A program made the position numbers and the translations under genes. From Lama guanicoe (lineage: Eukaryota): DNA of 64,000 bases. Under the pieces are notes generated by a model. It saw only the letters and a program-made list of their open reading frames with translations. It was not told the origin of the DNA and searched no databases. Positions 24,573-37,702 of this stretch are shown here, piece by piece; within the stretch, counting starts at the first letter, position 1, and each line of letters opens with the position of its first letter. Location: NCBI GenBank assembly GCA_013239625.1, contig MU054400.1, positions 4,341,802 to 4,405,801 on the forward strand. The letters are read 5' to 3'.

Positions 24573-27465
24573 TGTAAGGTTGTAGACGAAGCTATAAAAC
24601 ATAAGTATTGGTAGAAATTATAGTACATCCATGTATTCATGCTATTAAATTGTCCAGAGATGTTCCCATATCACAGAATGATTATCAGCCTGTGAGCCCC
24701 AATCCACTTAATTTCAAATGTATGATTAGGTGATGAGATCCTTGAAGATTCTTATCATCTTCTGATGCCTCCTCCCAACCCCAGACAGACTTGGGAGCCA
24801 AGGAGGTGCCCCAGAAGTACCACCTGATTTGTGTCACATCAGAGGAAGCAGTCCACCCAGCGAGGAACTCCTTGGGAATGCAGAAAAGTGGCACTGCCTA
24901 GACCAGGAGAAGTGACCCTGTGGGACCGCAGCCCACCCTTCCTCTTCGTAGCTACTGAATTCTCAGGAAAGACCTACATCAGATCCAGGAACTTCAGGTC
25001 ACCTGAGAAGCACAGTTTCCCTGTAGCTCCCTTCAAGAGGAGTTTCTGGTGTCCTGGAGCTGGGTTGGAGGCCAAAGCCAAACTGACCAGATGAACCCAC
25101 ATGACAGAAACACATGGGATCAAGTTTCCAAAGTGATGTGCTCTGAGGGCGCATCAGGGTTGTGCCCACCAGGTCACGTTCTCATTGGTTTCCACCCAAA
25201 CCTGAGTCATACTGCACCGTGAATTTGAGATGACTTCTGGTCCTTGTGGTGACACCTCATTTCTTTCTAGAAATCCCTAGAAAGCTTCTAGAAGTTCCTA
25301 GGAAGTTTCTAGAAATATCTGGTTTGAATGGAAACATCCCTAGGTCCTCTTCTGGCTAGCTCTGACTCACACCCTTCCCCCTGTCACAACACCTCCCTCC
25401 CAATCAGCATGACGACCATCTGCCCTTGAGGCTGAGAGGCCAAAACAAATATGATGATCTGCAGAGTGCTGACAGCACCCTTGGTGTCAGACGAGCAGGC
25501 AGCCCAAGCCTGTGCCAAGTCTGGTTCCCAAGGGACAGTTGCAGAAGCTGCAAAAGGAGAGAGGAAGCTGTATGCATGTGAATGAGAATCGTACTTCCAT
25601 CCGCATCCATTTCCCCTGCCTCAACTCAGCAATACAAGAAGCCACTAAAGAAGGAGTTTGGCAATTGTCCATTTGTCACTGTAGAGTCCCATTGCACCAA
25701 AATATGTGTAGGAATCAAACTCCCAAGCCTCTCGTCTCTCTCATGGATGCAATTAGTCATTTATCCAAATGAGATTCTCCGTGCTGTGTGGCATGGCCAC
25801 TTCTCCGCATCTTTAACATCACCACTCACCCCCCTCTCACTTGGAGCCTAGGACAGCCAGGCTGCCTCCACACAGTAGGGTCATTCATTCTCAATGCTGA
25901 GACTCGTGCCTGGCGGCACTGTGGTCCCAGAATGGGGTAAGGTGGCTGTACTGCTGGCCGTCTCTGCACCGTGTCAGAGGACATCAGTGTACCCAGCCCA
26001 CAAAGTTCAGCAGACCATGGAGAAAGATGTGAGCAGGCAGGATGAGCGCTTCTCTAGGAGAAAAGCACTATTCGAGCATCACTCACAGATGAGTTCCTGG
26101 CAAGATACACAACCTCACTTTACCTTCCAAACGGGGCTGTGGTGAGGAAGGAATAATAAGATGACATGTAAAAAGCGCACAGAAAAACGTATTCATCAGT
26201 AAGAGTCAGTGTGGCCACTGTTATAAATACTTGTCTTTATGTTACTGGTCTCCTCTTTTTATTTTTCTTAAAAACGTGGACAGATTGCCATATATAATGC
26301 AATATAGCATAACTCATCTGGGAAGCATTTGCTAATCCTCCTCTTTCAGCCAAATGGTTCCCCCAGATGGACTTGGAACCGAGAGGCAGATCCAGTATTG
26401 ACTGTGCCAAATGAAGAAATGGAAAGAGATCTGAAAGGTGGGAACTTCGAATGGAAAATTTTCCCCTCTCCCTACTTTCCAACCTGGGTTCTGCTCAGAA
26501 GTGTTAGAGAGCTCTGAAATTCCACGGTGGGAGAGCAGGGTTTCAAATGGAAACTTTTCTTTCAAATGCCAAGGGCCTCTTGTTTCTAGGATAACGTTCT
26601 GTTTTCTCTTTTTTGAATTCTCTGGTTTCTTCCTTTCCTTTGCTGAACTTTTTTTCCAGCCAGCTTACGAGTATTTATCTATTGTAATGGACACATTTGG
26701 GTTTGGAGTTTCTACAGGTTTTTGTGGGCCTGTAAAATGAGGTGAAGTCTTGTATTTTGTAAAATTATATCAATACATCCGACAAGAATTTAAAGGGTGG
26801 AGGTTGGGGGAGGGGAGGCACGGTCACGGTCAAGGTCATTCCCGCGGGTTATGGTCGGCCCCAGTGCTTCCAGCCCTTCTCCTCTTCTGGGATATTGGGC
26901 CTCAGTAAACAGCCAGTCATCCTGGGACACTTCTTTTTCAATATTTCAAGTAGGTTTGATTTTCACGTGATTTTGTTTCTTGAATTCAGCATTTACTGCA
27001 AGTTGTCCAAGTTGTCCACATTGGTGCTGTGGAAGGGGTAGTCCCTTTGTTTGTGTAGATGGTTCTCTGATGGGTTTTGTGGGATAATTAATGCAGTTGA
27101 ATATTATGTAGGCATGTGATTTCAGAGTAGCTGGCCTCACACAAAAGGGCATTGCTGGGTAAGCACGAGAGAAACAGGAAATCTTGTCTTAAATTTGGCA
27201 CTGGTGTCCAACTCATAAGACTGATTCACTGAAAGCATATCCATGACATGCCAATCCCTGTGGCCGCGGGAGAAGGTCTGCTTCAACTCCTGGGTTCTGA
27301 TACATGACCGTTTGCAACTTCGCAAGGGAAATGACCTGGATGCAATGGTGATCCTCAAAGTGATCACCAGGCAGTTATTCTGGTGACCACATAAGGGAAA
27401 GTCTCCCAGACCAAACTAACACCCGTGCATCACACCATTTATTAAATCAATTAAAAATACGCAGC

Positions 27466-28034
27466 TAATTTACAGTAGCCAAGACATGGAAGCAGCCTAA
27501 ATGTCCACTGACAGATGACTGGATTAAGAAGATGTGATATGTTTATGCAATGGAATACTTCTCAGCTGTTAAAAAAAGAAGAAAATAATGCCATTTGCAC
27601 CAACATGGATGGACCTGGAGATCATCATACTAAGTGAAGTAAACCAGAAAGAGAAAGAAAAATACCACATGATATCACTTATGTGTGGAATCTTAAATGA
27701 CACAAACGAACTTATTTACAAAGCAGAAACAGACTCACAGACATAGAAAACAAACTGTGGTTACCAGGGGTGAAGGCAGGGGATAAACTGGGAGTTTGGG
27801 ATTTGCAGATACTAACTACTATATATAAAATAGACAAACAACAGTGTCCTACTGCATAGCGTGGGGAACTATATTCAATACCTTGTAATGACCTATAATG
27901 GAAAAGAATATAAAAAGGAAGCTGTGTGAATGTAACTGAGTCACCATGCTGTACACTAGAAATTAACACAACATTGTAAGCCACCTATACTTTAAAAAAT
28001 GAAAAATAAAAAAATAAAAATTAAGTTAAAAAAT
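27466..28034 (+). mobile_element. 5'-truncated young L1 with TSD
   Basis: End of ORF2 plus 3' UTR and A-rich tail; TSD AAAATA(C/T)GCAGC at 27454-27465 and 28035-28046. Confidence 0.95.
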
Positions 28035-29567
28035 AAAATATGCAGCCAGGAGCAAGAGACAGGGTGAGAATTTAAGACACGTATTACAGTGAAGGGTGGA
28101 AGGACCACACTCCCAGAATCCTCCGTTATGCAACGTTCGTGCTTTGTAAGAAACCAGATCCCCACCCCCCAGCAAAGTGATGCCTCCTAGGCTCCTCCAT
28201 CCCCTCCAAGAGTCGCCGAAACACCCTGTTCCCTGCCCCCTCTTCCTCATCCTTTCTATTAAATGAGATATTTGTGTTTTAAATAAAAGCCGCTGTTGAC
28301 CTATCACTAGTGGAAAAGAATCAGTGTGCATGCATTCCTCATGTAATAAGAAATAAATCCCTTAAGCCTATAATTTGCTCCTACTGGTGTGGAATTTTGA
28401 AGTCCAAGAATGCATCTGCCGTGGAGGAGGTTAATTCTGGGGCCGCTGCCTCTGCCGTAATGTATGTGGCCATTGTTCGTGACCGAGGAGTGGTCCGGCG
28501 GGGATCAGTGCTCTGTTCTCATAATGAACCTTATGTTTCTAAACACAGGTGCGTTTGGATTGTAGACAGCTGTGTCATTAAACGGGCTGGGGGAGAAAGA
28601 GCACAAGGGCAACTCAGAAGCGGACCCCGTGGAAATGCAAACGGGTATTATTGTAGTGGCTCTTATCAACGCCATCGATGTGTCTTTGATGACGTCTCAT
28701 GGTACAGAGATAACCGTGAGGCGTCCAGGCGACTCACCACCATGTTTTCAACATGCCGCCTTTCACAAAGGGGTGGGGGGGACTCTTGCTAGAATTCACC
28801 CTATTGTCATCCTCCTGAAAGGAGTTGTCAGAGAGCCCCTAACTCCATCCTGTAATCATTCCAATCTGCTTTTCACTCCAACTTGCATTTCATCTCTGCT
28901 ATTTGATGTATAAGAATGAAAGAGCTCCTGGGAAATCCTTGTTCCCAATGGCTCTGATGAGACAGATGTCCTGGGAAACTATCAGAACTGAGCAGGGCAA
29001 AGAAAGGAGGGCTATCCGATGACTCATGGGTGCCATCCCCACTAATTCAGCATCTATGTGACCTGCATCTCAGCCCCAGGATTCCTGTAAGTCAAACATT
29101 TCCAGGTAGGCAGGACAACGCAACTCTTACAACCAGTATTCTTGGTGATTTTACAGACACATATGTGCTGGGAAAATTTTGTAGTTAGTCATGTGACATC
29201 ATTAGCAATCATTTCATCATCTCTATGTCTCACCTTAATGAAGACTTTAAAACATTACGACACAAGTCTACTCCAATATCAGTAAACAAAATTAGTTTTA
29301 AAAAGGGATCTTAGGTGGCTCCATTTGGCTAAAACTGTTTCCTAGTTTTTTCACTGAGCGTAAAACTCTGAGTGCAGTTGTAAATGCCGTGATGGGGCTT
29401 GGCTCAGACTTTGAGCTGGAGCCACCACGCCTGTTCATCTGATGTAACAAAACAGAGCTCCCCGAGAAGTCGGGTGATGTTTCAAGCACACACAGGGAGG
29501 GAGGCAGCTGTGAAGCCAGGCTGAGGATCCAATCTCCTGACTCCAAGTCTGTTCTTGGTACTGAACC

Positions 29568-30115
29568 ATGTGTATCAGTCTGGGTGCAGTCGGGGCAGAG
29601 CCGCCACGAGTGATATGGATGAGGGATTTGTTACAGAGACAAGACTCTCCGCGAAGGCAGGAGCTGGGGAAGGAGGCTTTACGAGGGCGTTGCTCTATAT
29701 CTGACTTGGGTTTGGCGAGTCAGCAGGACTTGACTTTGGGAAGAAGAGCTAGATGTCAAGTGCAAACTGGAATCCACAAAGACAAACGCCTACCAGCACC
29801 TCTCTCCCCACCTCCAACCTCAACAGCGTGGGTGACTTGCCGGAAGAAGCTGGCAGCCTTCACCACCAAACCACACGTGCCTCTGCCCCAGCCCGCAGGA
29901 GAGGGGAAGGAGGAGGCCGGCAGGAGCTGAGGCATCTGAGGTCCAGCTGCCGCCTCCAGACACCACGGAGAATGAGCAGGTGCGCGCCCACGTGTGGAAC
30001 TGCGCTGGGCGCCCTGCGGTGACCCGGGCGCAGTGGGTGTAGTGGCCCTTACTTTACTGCCACCCTCCACATCACACAGAAATATCTCTTGCAGCAACTC
30101 TAGCCCAGAACCAGC
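29568..30115. mobile_element. Old ERVL/MaLR-type LTR remnant
   Basis: Begins TGTGTATCAGTCTGGGTGCAGTCGGGGCAGA...GAGGGATTTGTTACAG, like MLT-class LTR ends; internal family uncertain. Confidence 0.5.
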
Positions 30116-31094
30116 TTAACTAAATAAAAAGCCACCGCACCACGTTATATCCTATCAGAGTATTTGCAGATGCCTTTCATTTTTCGTTATGACACCACAT
30201 ACAAAATAATTCAAATATACAAGAGAACAGTAATAGAGAAACTTACCGTGGTTTCCTTTATGGAATTATGTGTTTTCTGTCGCTTTGAGTACTCGACTGC
30301 TTTGCATCTTTTTTTTTTTTTCACCATGTGCTTATTGAGGTGAATTAAAATTACTGGCCTCTTTGTACATTACTTATGTATGAAAATTTGAGTCTATCGG
30401 TTAGACTTGCAGCAATAACAGGTCCTCTAACATCAAGTGCATCATGTAAATGAGGATTAGACAAACTTCAGGATCTATTTGGCTTTACTGTCTGTACAAC
30501 CATGTGCTTATATATTTATGCATCTAGGTAGTTATGCTAGCATTGTTTATCTATCATCTATTTATCTAACCAGGCAGTACTGAAGAGATGGAAGAGCAGG
30601 TTTGATGAGCACGCAGGCAGACATCTAAAAACTGAGAGCTGAGAGACTGAAATATGGGTGTTGTAACCTCTGCGTAATGGTTTCAACTACCGAACACCCA
30701 TCACTTATCCAAAAGTCAGAAAGAATTGACAGTTATGTCACCTGTTCCTTCACTTTGGCTTCTTGAAATGACTGCGACAGTTATAGATGGGAAATGCAGG
30801 AGCAGTTTAAAGAAAAAAAATCTAACCACACATGAGCATGAAGAACTTGTTCAGCTCGCAGACTCTCAACTTCTGCTTCTCCACGCACGTCTTAGGTTCT
30901 GTAGCTTGTTTCCCTTCTCAGAGCCACGCCCAGCAATGCTTCTTTCCTCTGTTTGCACTTTCAAAGGGAAAAAATAAAGTTACGACTGTAGGGAAATAGT
31001 TCAACAAAGAAATACAGCCAAGTAAAGACACTGAGATAACAACCTGGGATTATAAATCAACTTTCTGGGCTTTACCACCAAACCCGGGGGGGGG

Positions 31095-31117
31095 NNNNNN
31101 NNNNNNNNNNNNNNNNN
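31095..31117. other. Assembly gap (23 N) after a poly-G run
   Basis: N characters. Confidence 1.
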
Positions 31118-31795
31118 GCAAATGGCTCCAAACACTTGATAAAATATAGAGGGTGTTTGGGGTAGAAAGAGCTTTGGTTTTGGATGTAGAAGAACTGGAT
31201 GCAATCCAATTATCCGTGTGTGTCCTCTTTAGCATTATTTAATGTATTCGCACTTATGTTTCTTCTTCTGCAAAATGGCTCTGGTCTTATTTGCTTCCCC
31301 GAGAAGTTCTGGGGTTGGATGAGATAACTTCTATGCCCACCTGCTACCTCCCTTTACCTAAGACCTTCACCCGCACTGACTCCGTCCACCGCATATGACC
31401 CATATGTACAAATGGGATTACCATGAGTGAGGTCACATTATTTTTAAATGTTAGCAAATTAGGCTTTAGGAGGTAAGTGGAAATGTTGAAAGAGCTTATT
31501 TCTTAGTCTGACAACCACTGTTTATTTTGCTTAATTGAAACAACTGAAGCAGCTGATCTTTCCCTCCAGCAGGAAAAATGGTGAAAGATTTTTGAAATGG
31601 GCAAAAAAGCAAAACAATGGTGAAAGACTTTGAAATGGGCAAAAAAAAAAAAAAAACCAAATGACTGGGGGCTCTGGTGAGTGTACCCTTCTGGGTAATC
31701 TATGTCTTTTATTGTCTTCAAGCTATTTTACATCTCTGTAATCTGTAGGTAATTGATGCTAATGCAAATGATTCTTGTCAAAAGACAAACAAGCC

Positions 31796-32124
31796 AAGTC
31801 TCCTTCATCACGGTACTTATGTTCTATAAAGTGGCCGTGAACACTGAATTAGTGAATATGGAACCACAGCTTTTAGGGAAAATACAAAGGTAGGCTCCTG
31901 GGAGCCTTTGGTCACAACATTTTCGTCAACCAATCAATACATCATCTTGATTGATCTGTGCTTCTGTTAAAAACATCTTCTTTAATTATGTGTTGTTCCG
32001 GTAACATTTAATCTGTGGTCAACAGCATGAGAGCTCAAGGCTGAATGAAGTTTTCTAACTCATGGATTTTAGTAAGTAGGCGAATATGCAAACACTAAAC
32101 CAGCAAATGATGAGAACTGACTGT
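31796..32124. mobile_element. MER82-like Tigger MITE with internal deletion
   Basis: TTATGTTCTATAAAGTGGCCGTGAACACTGAATTAG...GGTCACAACATTTTCGTCAACC...AGTAGGCGAATATGCAAA...GACTG. Confidence 0.8.
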
Positions 32125-32237
32125 GCTGTGTCTAGCGGATGAACGACTGATTTATGTCTCCACTTTCTGACCACGGAAGGCAACAGTTTTGCAACTATTA
32201 CGCAATTTGTTTTGGCCATTCTTGACCACTTATGAAC

Positions 32238-32588
32238 TATTAAAAGATAAACTGGGGCACATTAAAATTTATAAGCGTGTATTTGAACAAACAGCGACTC
32301 CAAACAAAAGCGGATGGAGCGACTGCACCAGCAGGACCTAGGGGAGAGGCTTTTATAGAGAAGACTCAGAAACAGAGGGAAACTCACGTGATTGGCTGTA
32401 GCTTAAGCGGCTGCCTTATTTGGGAAAGCCTAGAGGCTGCTTGCGATTGGCTGTTCTTAAAGTTCAGTTTCTTCGCTTTGAGGCATTTCGAGGAATTGAC
32501 TCTGGCTGAAAGTCCCGTTTGCTTATGTAGGTGGCAAAGGCAACGGGGCCACCTCAGTCTAATGGCCTCGCGTTAAATTACTTTAACG
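32238..32588 (-). mobile_element. ERV1 solo LTR (MER31/MER67-like)
   Basis: Reverse strand starts GTTAAAGTAATTTAACGCGAGGCCATTAGACTGAGGTGGC; two CCAAT boxes (plus ATTGG ~32391, ~32446) upstream of TATAAAA (plus CTTTTATAG ~32350). Confidence 0.75.
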
Positions 32589-32779
32589 ACGCCACTTGTG
32601 CCCACACTTTCCTCTTAACTGGTTGCAATACCTTACCGGTTCTCTCATTAATGAAGAGTTACACACAAATCTTAGCCATGCGTTCTTTTAAATTTGATCT
32701 GAGGGTCACGATTTTACCTTTAAATAATCTTTAACATTTGAAAAATAGTTCAGGCTGAATTACCATCTTCAACTTGGGC

Positions 32780-32935
32780 TTTTTTAAAAATTGAAGTATA
32801 GTTGATTTACAGGGGTGGTGAGTTTCTGGTGTACAGCACAGTGATTCAGTCATGCATATATGTATATAGATACATATTCTTTTCTACATTCTTCATCATT
32901 ATAGATTATTACATGATAGTGACGATAGTTCCCTG
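32780..32935 (-). mobile_element. Very short young L1 3' end with TSD
   Basis: Exact 11-bp TSD TCAACTTGGGC at 32769-32779 and 32936-32946. Confidence 0.95.
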
Positions 32936-34449
32936 TCAACTTGGGCAGTTTTATGCAATTCTATGAGCCCACCTTCTCAGAGAACCTGTCAGAACATGAC
33001 ACTCAGTGAGTCACAATTCCCCTTACGGAGTCTTGTATTTGCCATTTATGGATTCAGGATGTGAAAAAGTGCTTTTACAGCGTAAAGTCTCCTGCACATT
33101 AGTATCTTATTTAATCTTGACCGTCTGTGAGGAGTTACTATCTGCTCTATTTAAGGCCAAGGAAATTCACATTCAGGGAGCTTCTGGGACTTGCTCGAGG
33201 TCACACGTGTAGAAAAATTTAGTTGACTCTTGTCAAGAGCTGAGAGGCAGGAGGTTAACAAGCATCAGATTCGGTGCCCTTCGTGTCAGTGATTCAGACA
33301 TCCATTCCACACACCGTGGGGGTTAGAAGCCTCTCCCACTTTTCTGCACTTGAGATCTGTTCCTGAGCCTTGTTTTGCAGATACGGAAATGGGTGTGTTA
33401 GGGGAGGCGGCGGGGGGTGGGGGGCATTAAAAAGTATCTCTCCTGATCGGCTTAATTTACAATGGAAAAGGCAGAAAGTTCCTGGGAGATAAGAAAATGA
33501 TGGATTCTTACCCAGCGCTAGTAAAAGGAGCGGGGAAAGGAACCCGAGAAGCCTGCGTTGAGTGTTGGTGATGGGCTGGGAGTCCGAAGGGAGAAGGGGG
33601 CAGGCAAAGGGCAGTTTTCCTGAGGTGCTGGGTGGGGCTTTGCGAAGACAGGAGAGAGAGGTCTTACATTGTGCTGAGTTTGACAGACTTCAGTAAAGCT
33701 CTAAAATACGTTTAGGGGGGAGGTACTGGACCTTTTTTTAAGGACAAGCACCTTGCTCAAGGCCCGAAGGGGCCTCATTTTGTTTGAGTGAGCATTATTA
33801 CTTTGCTATGAGTGGAGGCTGCCTGTAAGAAAAGCTGAGTGAACTCTGGCCCAAGATTCCAAATTAGGTTTAAGCGACAGCAAGATGTTGGCCATGGACT
33901 CTGCACTCTGTCTCCAAGCACCGCTGGACGAGCTAATGATTATTTTTCTGTCGATGGTCCTAGGATAATCTCTCCAGACAATAACTGAGAGGAAAGCACA
34001 CTTCATTGGCTGTTAGCAGAGATTTTTATGTTACAAACACTAAGCTTGGTCTTAGAGAAAAAGGAACAAGACAACAGCTCTTAATACGCGGAGCAAAACT
34101 TAGGTTCTATTCTTAGTTTTTAAAAAGCCTGAGGCGAAGCACGTCTGGGAAGGTACTTTCTTAAGGTTTCTGGCAGTAAAAATGGTTGCTTTCATCAGGT
34201 AGGAGCCGCGAAAGATCTTAACTTTTCATCCTTCACAATACGTGTATGTCCTCCTCTCTTCCTCATTTCCACACTGGAGCCTTCTTCTAGTCTTTGTGAC
34301 ATGACAAGCACATGGTAGGTCAGTCAGAAAAGTCAGTTGTTATAAAGACTCACTAAAAAGTGATGTACTTTGTATAACGCACTTTAATTTGAAACATACA
34401 TATTTACCATTATTTGCCGAGATCTGCTGTAGGAGCAAGGATTGTTCTT

Positions 34450-35110
34450 TTATTTAATTAATTAATTAATCTAGTTTTTTCTGGTGTGCAGCATAATGTT
34501 TCACTCACATATATACATACATGTATTCATTTTCATATTCTTTTTCATTATAGGTTACTACAAGATATTGAATATAGTTCCCTGGGCTGTACAGAAGGAC
34601 CTTGTTATCCATTTTATATATAGCATTTAGTATTTGCAAATCTCAGACTCCCAATTTATCCCGTCCAATCCTCCTTCCCCCTTGTAACCAGAAGTTTGTT
34701 TTCTAAGTCTATGAGTCTGCTTCTGTTTTGTAAATAATAAGTTTATTTGTGTCTTTTTTTCCTTCTTTTTAGATTCCACATATGAGTGATATCATATGGT
34801 ATTTTTCTTTCTCTTTCTAGCTCATTTCACTTAGAATGACATTCTCCAGGTCAATTCATGTTGCTGCAAATGGCATTATTTTATTATTTTTATGGCTGAG
34901 TAGTATTCCACTGTGTAAATATACCACAACTTCTTTATCTAGTCATCTGTTGATGGACATTTAGGTTGCTTCCATGTCTTGGCTATTGTAAATAGTGCTG
35001 CTATGAACATTGAGGTGCACACATCTTTTCAAATTAGAGTTCTCTCTGGATATATGCCCAGGAGTGGGATTGCTGGATTATAGGGTAACTTTATTTTGTT
35101 TAGTTTCTTT
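34450..35110 (-). mobile_element. 5'-truncated young L1 (ORF2 end + 3' UTR)
   Basis: GATGGACATTTAGGTTGCTTCCATGTCTTGGCTATTGTAAATAGTGCTGCTATGAACATTG. Confidence 0.95.
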
Positions 35111-35854
35111 TTTTTTTTCCCCTTTCTATAGTGCCCGCTTCTGTGAGAGCCCCTACAGCTAGAAAGTCTCTCAAATCAAAGCTGTTGAGCTGAGGGAAAG
35201 CCAAATGGACCCAACATTCCCCCCTGGGAAAACTCACTGTACTTGAAGGAGGGAGGCTTCTGTTATTTCTGGAAGTCGGTGCACAGCACAGGGGAGAGCC
35301 CGTGTAGACTTTGGTTCAGTCAGTGCACATCATCTGGGGTAATTCACCTGAATAATGGTAATTAGCATGGATAATTGACTTACGGGCTTATGGGCCAAGA
35401 AGATACTTGTTTATCCCATATGCATATCTTTTCTCCTTCAGGGTTTTGGAAATATGAGTATAGAATTAGTACTCTAAGGAAAGCCGAGGCTCTTCCGCCC
35501 CAACAGCATGGCCCCCTCTCCACCCTTCCTGTCTCTCCCCTTCTCTCTCTTCCCTTAAATCAGCCACTCCATGAACTGAAATGGATTTGGAGTCTTCATT
35601 CAATGCTTTAAAAAGATATTTAGGCTCCCTGTTTTTAATTTTAAAATCAGTTGAGCGTGACATTTCAGGTATCTTTCTCTTACAAAAACAAAACAGAAGA
35701 AAACTGAATTAAGTGTCTTTTCTCTTCCCACGTGGTTGTGATTTTCTTTTAAAGCAGGTCTGTTGCTCTTAATAGAAAACTTCCTCAATTCCTGTTAAAA
35801 AAAAAAAAAAGTTCCCAACGTGACCATCTAAGGCAGCCCAGAAAAACAGACAGT

Positions 35855-36128
35855 GAAAAGCTATATATGTAACTTTAAACTTTCTAGTAGCCACAGTTTC
35901 AAAAGGAAAAATGGGTGAAATTAATTTAGTGATATATTTATTTGACAAAATACAATCAAAATATTATTATTTCCACATGTAATCAATATTGAAAATTATT
36001 AATGAGATATTTCGCCTTTTCTGTAGAATTACGCCTTTGAAATGCAAGTTGTGTTTTGCACGTACAGTGCATCTCACGTTTCAGGTGCTCATTAGCCACG
36101 GGTGACGAGTAGGGACTTTGTGGAGCAT
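35855..36128. mobile_element. MER33-like hAT-Charlie MITE
   Basis: TTTCTAGTAGCCAC...GGTGAAATTAATTT...CATGTAATCAATAT...GTGCTCATTAGCCAC. Confidence 0.8.
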
Positions 36129-37702
36129 CATTGGTCCAAGGATCCTTTCTTACGTGCTGACACCTACCTTTTCTTTGACTTCCATTTGTTGCTGTGTTTT
36201 CAAGAAGAGAAGCCATTTAGAGTCTAAGTCTTCAGTCAGATGGAAAACTTTCATTCCAGTTCCCGTGAGATGAGATGTAGAATTTGGTCAAGCAACAGCT
36301 CTTTGAGTTACTCCACTATTCCCTCCCTAACAGAATGTCACCTGGAATAGACAGTGAGCAGAGCATCGAAGCAGAATTACTTGATTTCACTAATTTCAAC
36401 TTTAACCCTCTGAAAAATCAACTTGGTCCAATCAGAATTACTACCATTCATTACCCCATAGTGAAAAAATTATATTCTGTCTTTAGCAATGTTTCTAAAT
36501 GTTCACAGAGCGTTGAATAACTTGTTAGCAACCTTGCAAATTGACACCCATCAGCTACTAGGTAGAACTTTCCAGGTGAAGAAAACTACATGCCACGTTA
36601 GTTCCTCACGTGTTGATGCTGAAGACGACACCATTCGTGGCTTCTTCACCTGTCCTGTGCCCGAGGACTTGGTGTCCTCCCTGCCTCCCCAGGTTACTGA
36701 TGGAATTTCTAGTCTGGCTCACAAAAACTCTACCTGCATGTATCCATCTCTTTATCTTTACTATAACATCGTAACATCTTGTCTCTAGGCTAGGATTTGG
36801 GCAATCTTAAAAAGAAAAAAAAAAGGAAATTATGATTTATTATATTGTCTTTCCCACTAATGTATGAGCAACCCAGGACCCAAAATAAAAACCTTCCTGA
36901 TTCTTCAATGTCTTACTGAACCGGAGCGGTCATCCAGGTGCATCGTTGGTACTCAGTGCTTTTTAACTGAAGGAGGAAGCTCTGCCCTGTTCATGTACCT
37001 TTCTCCCCTCATCCTGCATTTCCATCGAAACCCGGGGCCATGCTGGTATTTCATTCATTCCACAAGCGTTCATTGAGGGCCTGCTGGAAGCTAGGCACTG
37101 TGCTAGGGGAGAAGGGGTTTGAAAAACACAGACAGGCTCCTTAAATTCAAGGGGACGGGGCAAGATGTGGAAAAAATAAGTGTAATGGGTATTGTGGTTT
37201 TGAAATACCTTCCAATGAATTTTCTTTCTGCGTGGTCTGCTCTGTTTTGTTTATGTGTTTTCCTCCCCTGCAAGCCATCCCACCATTCCGCCTAGAGGCC
37301 CAGAGTTTTCGGAAGGAGATCCAGGTACTGCTTGAAACAAACAAATTAAAGGGTAGGGAGGAAGGGGAGGTCCCCAGAACACGAGGAAGAGAAACAGACA
37401 CTCTCTGCTGTCTCGGTGGGGCCAGTGGGAGACGAGGAAGTCTCAGAGGGAGGGAGGGAAAGAGAGGGAGAGAGAGGCCCTTAACCTTCTCTGCCACACG
37501 CAGGGCCTAAGAGCTGCTCCCGAGTCTCATCCATGCTCATTGGAAGGAAGCTCTGAGGCTCAGAATTTAAACTGCCCTGCACTAAGTTTTGCAACATAAA
37601 TGACGGAAAAGTGACAGCCTATCTCTGAGCTATCCAGTTTCCCGGCTGCCTAGCAGATGGGGGCTCAATAAAGAAAAATGGAGACTAGTAACTGGAAACT
37701 TT

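Noticed and set aside
33400..33425. G-run cluster as a G-quadruplex
   Set aside because: Only three long G tracts; common in mammalian DNA and without supporting context.
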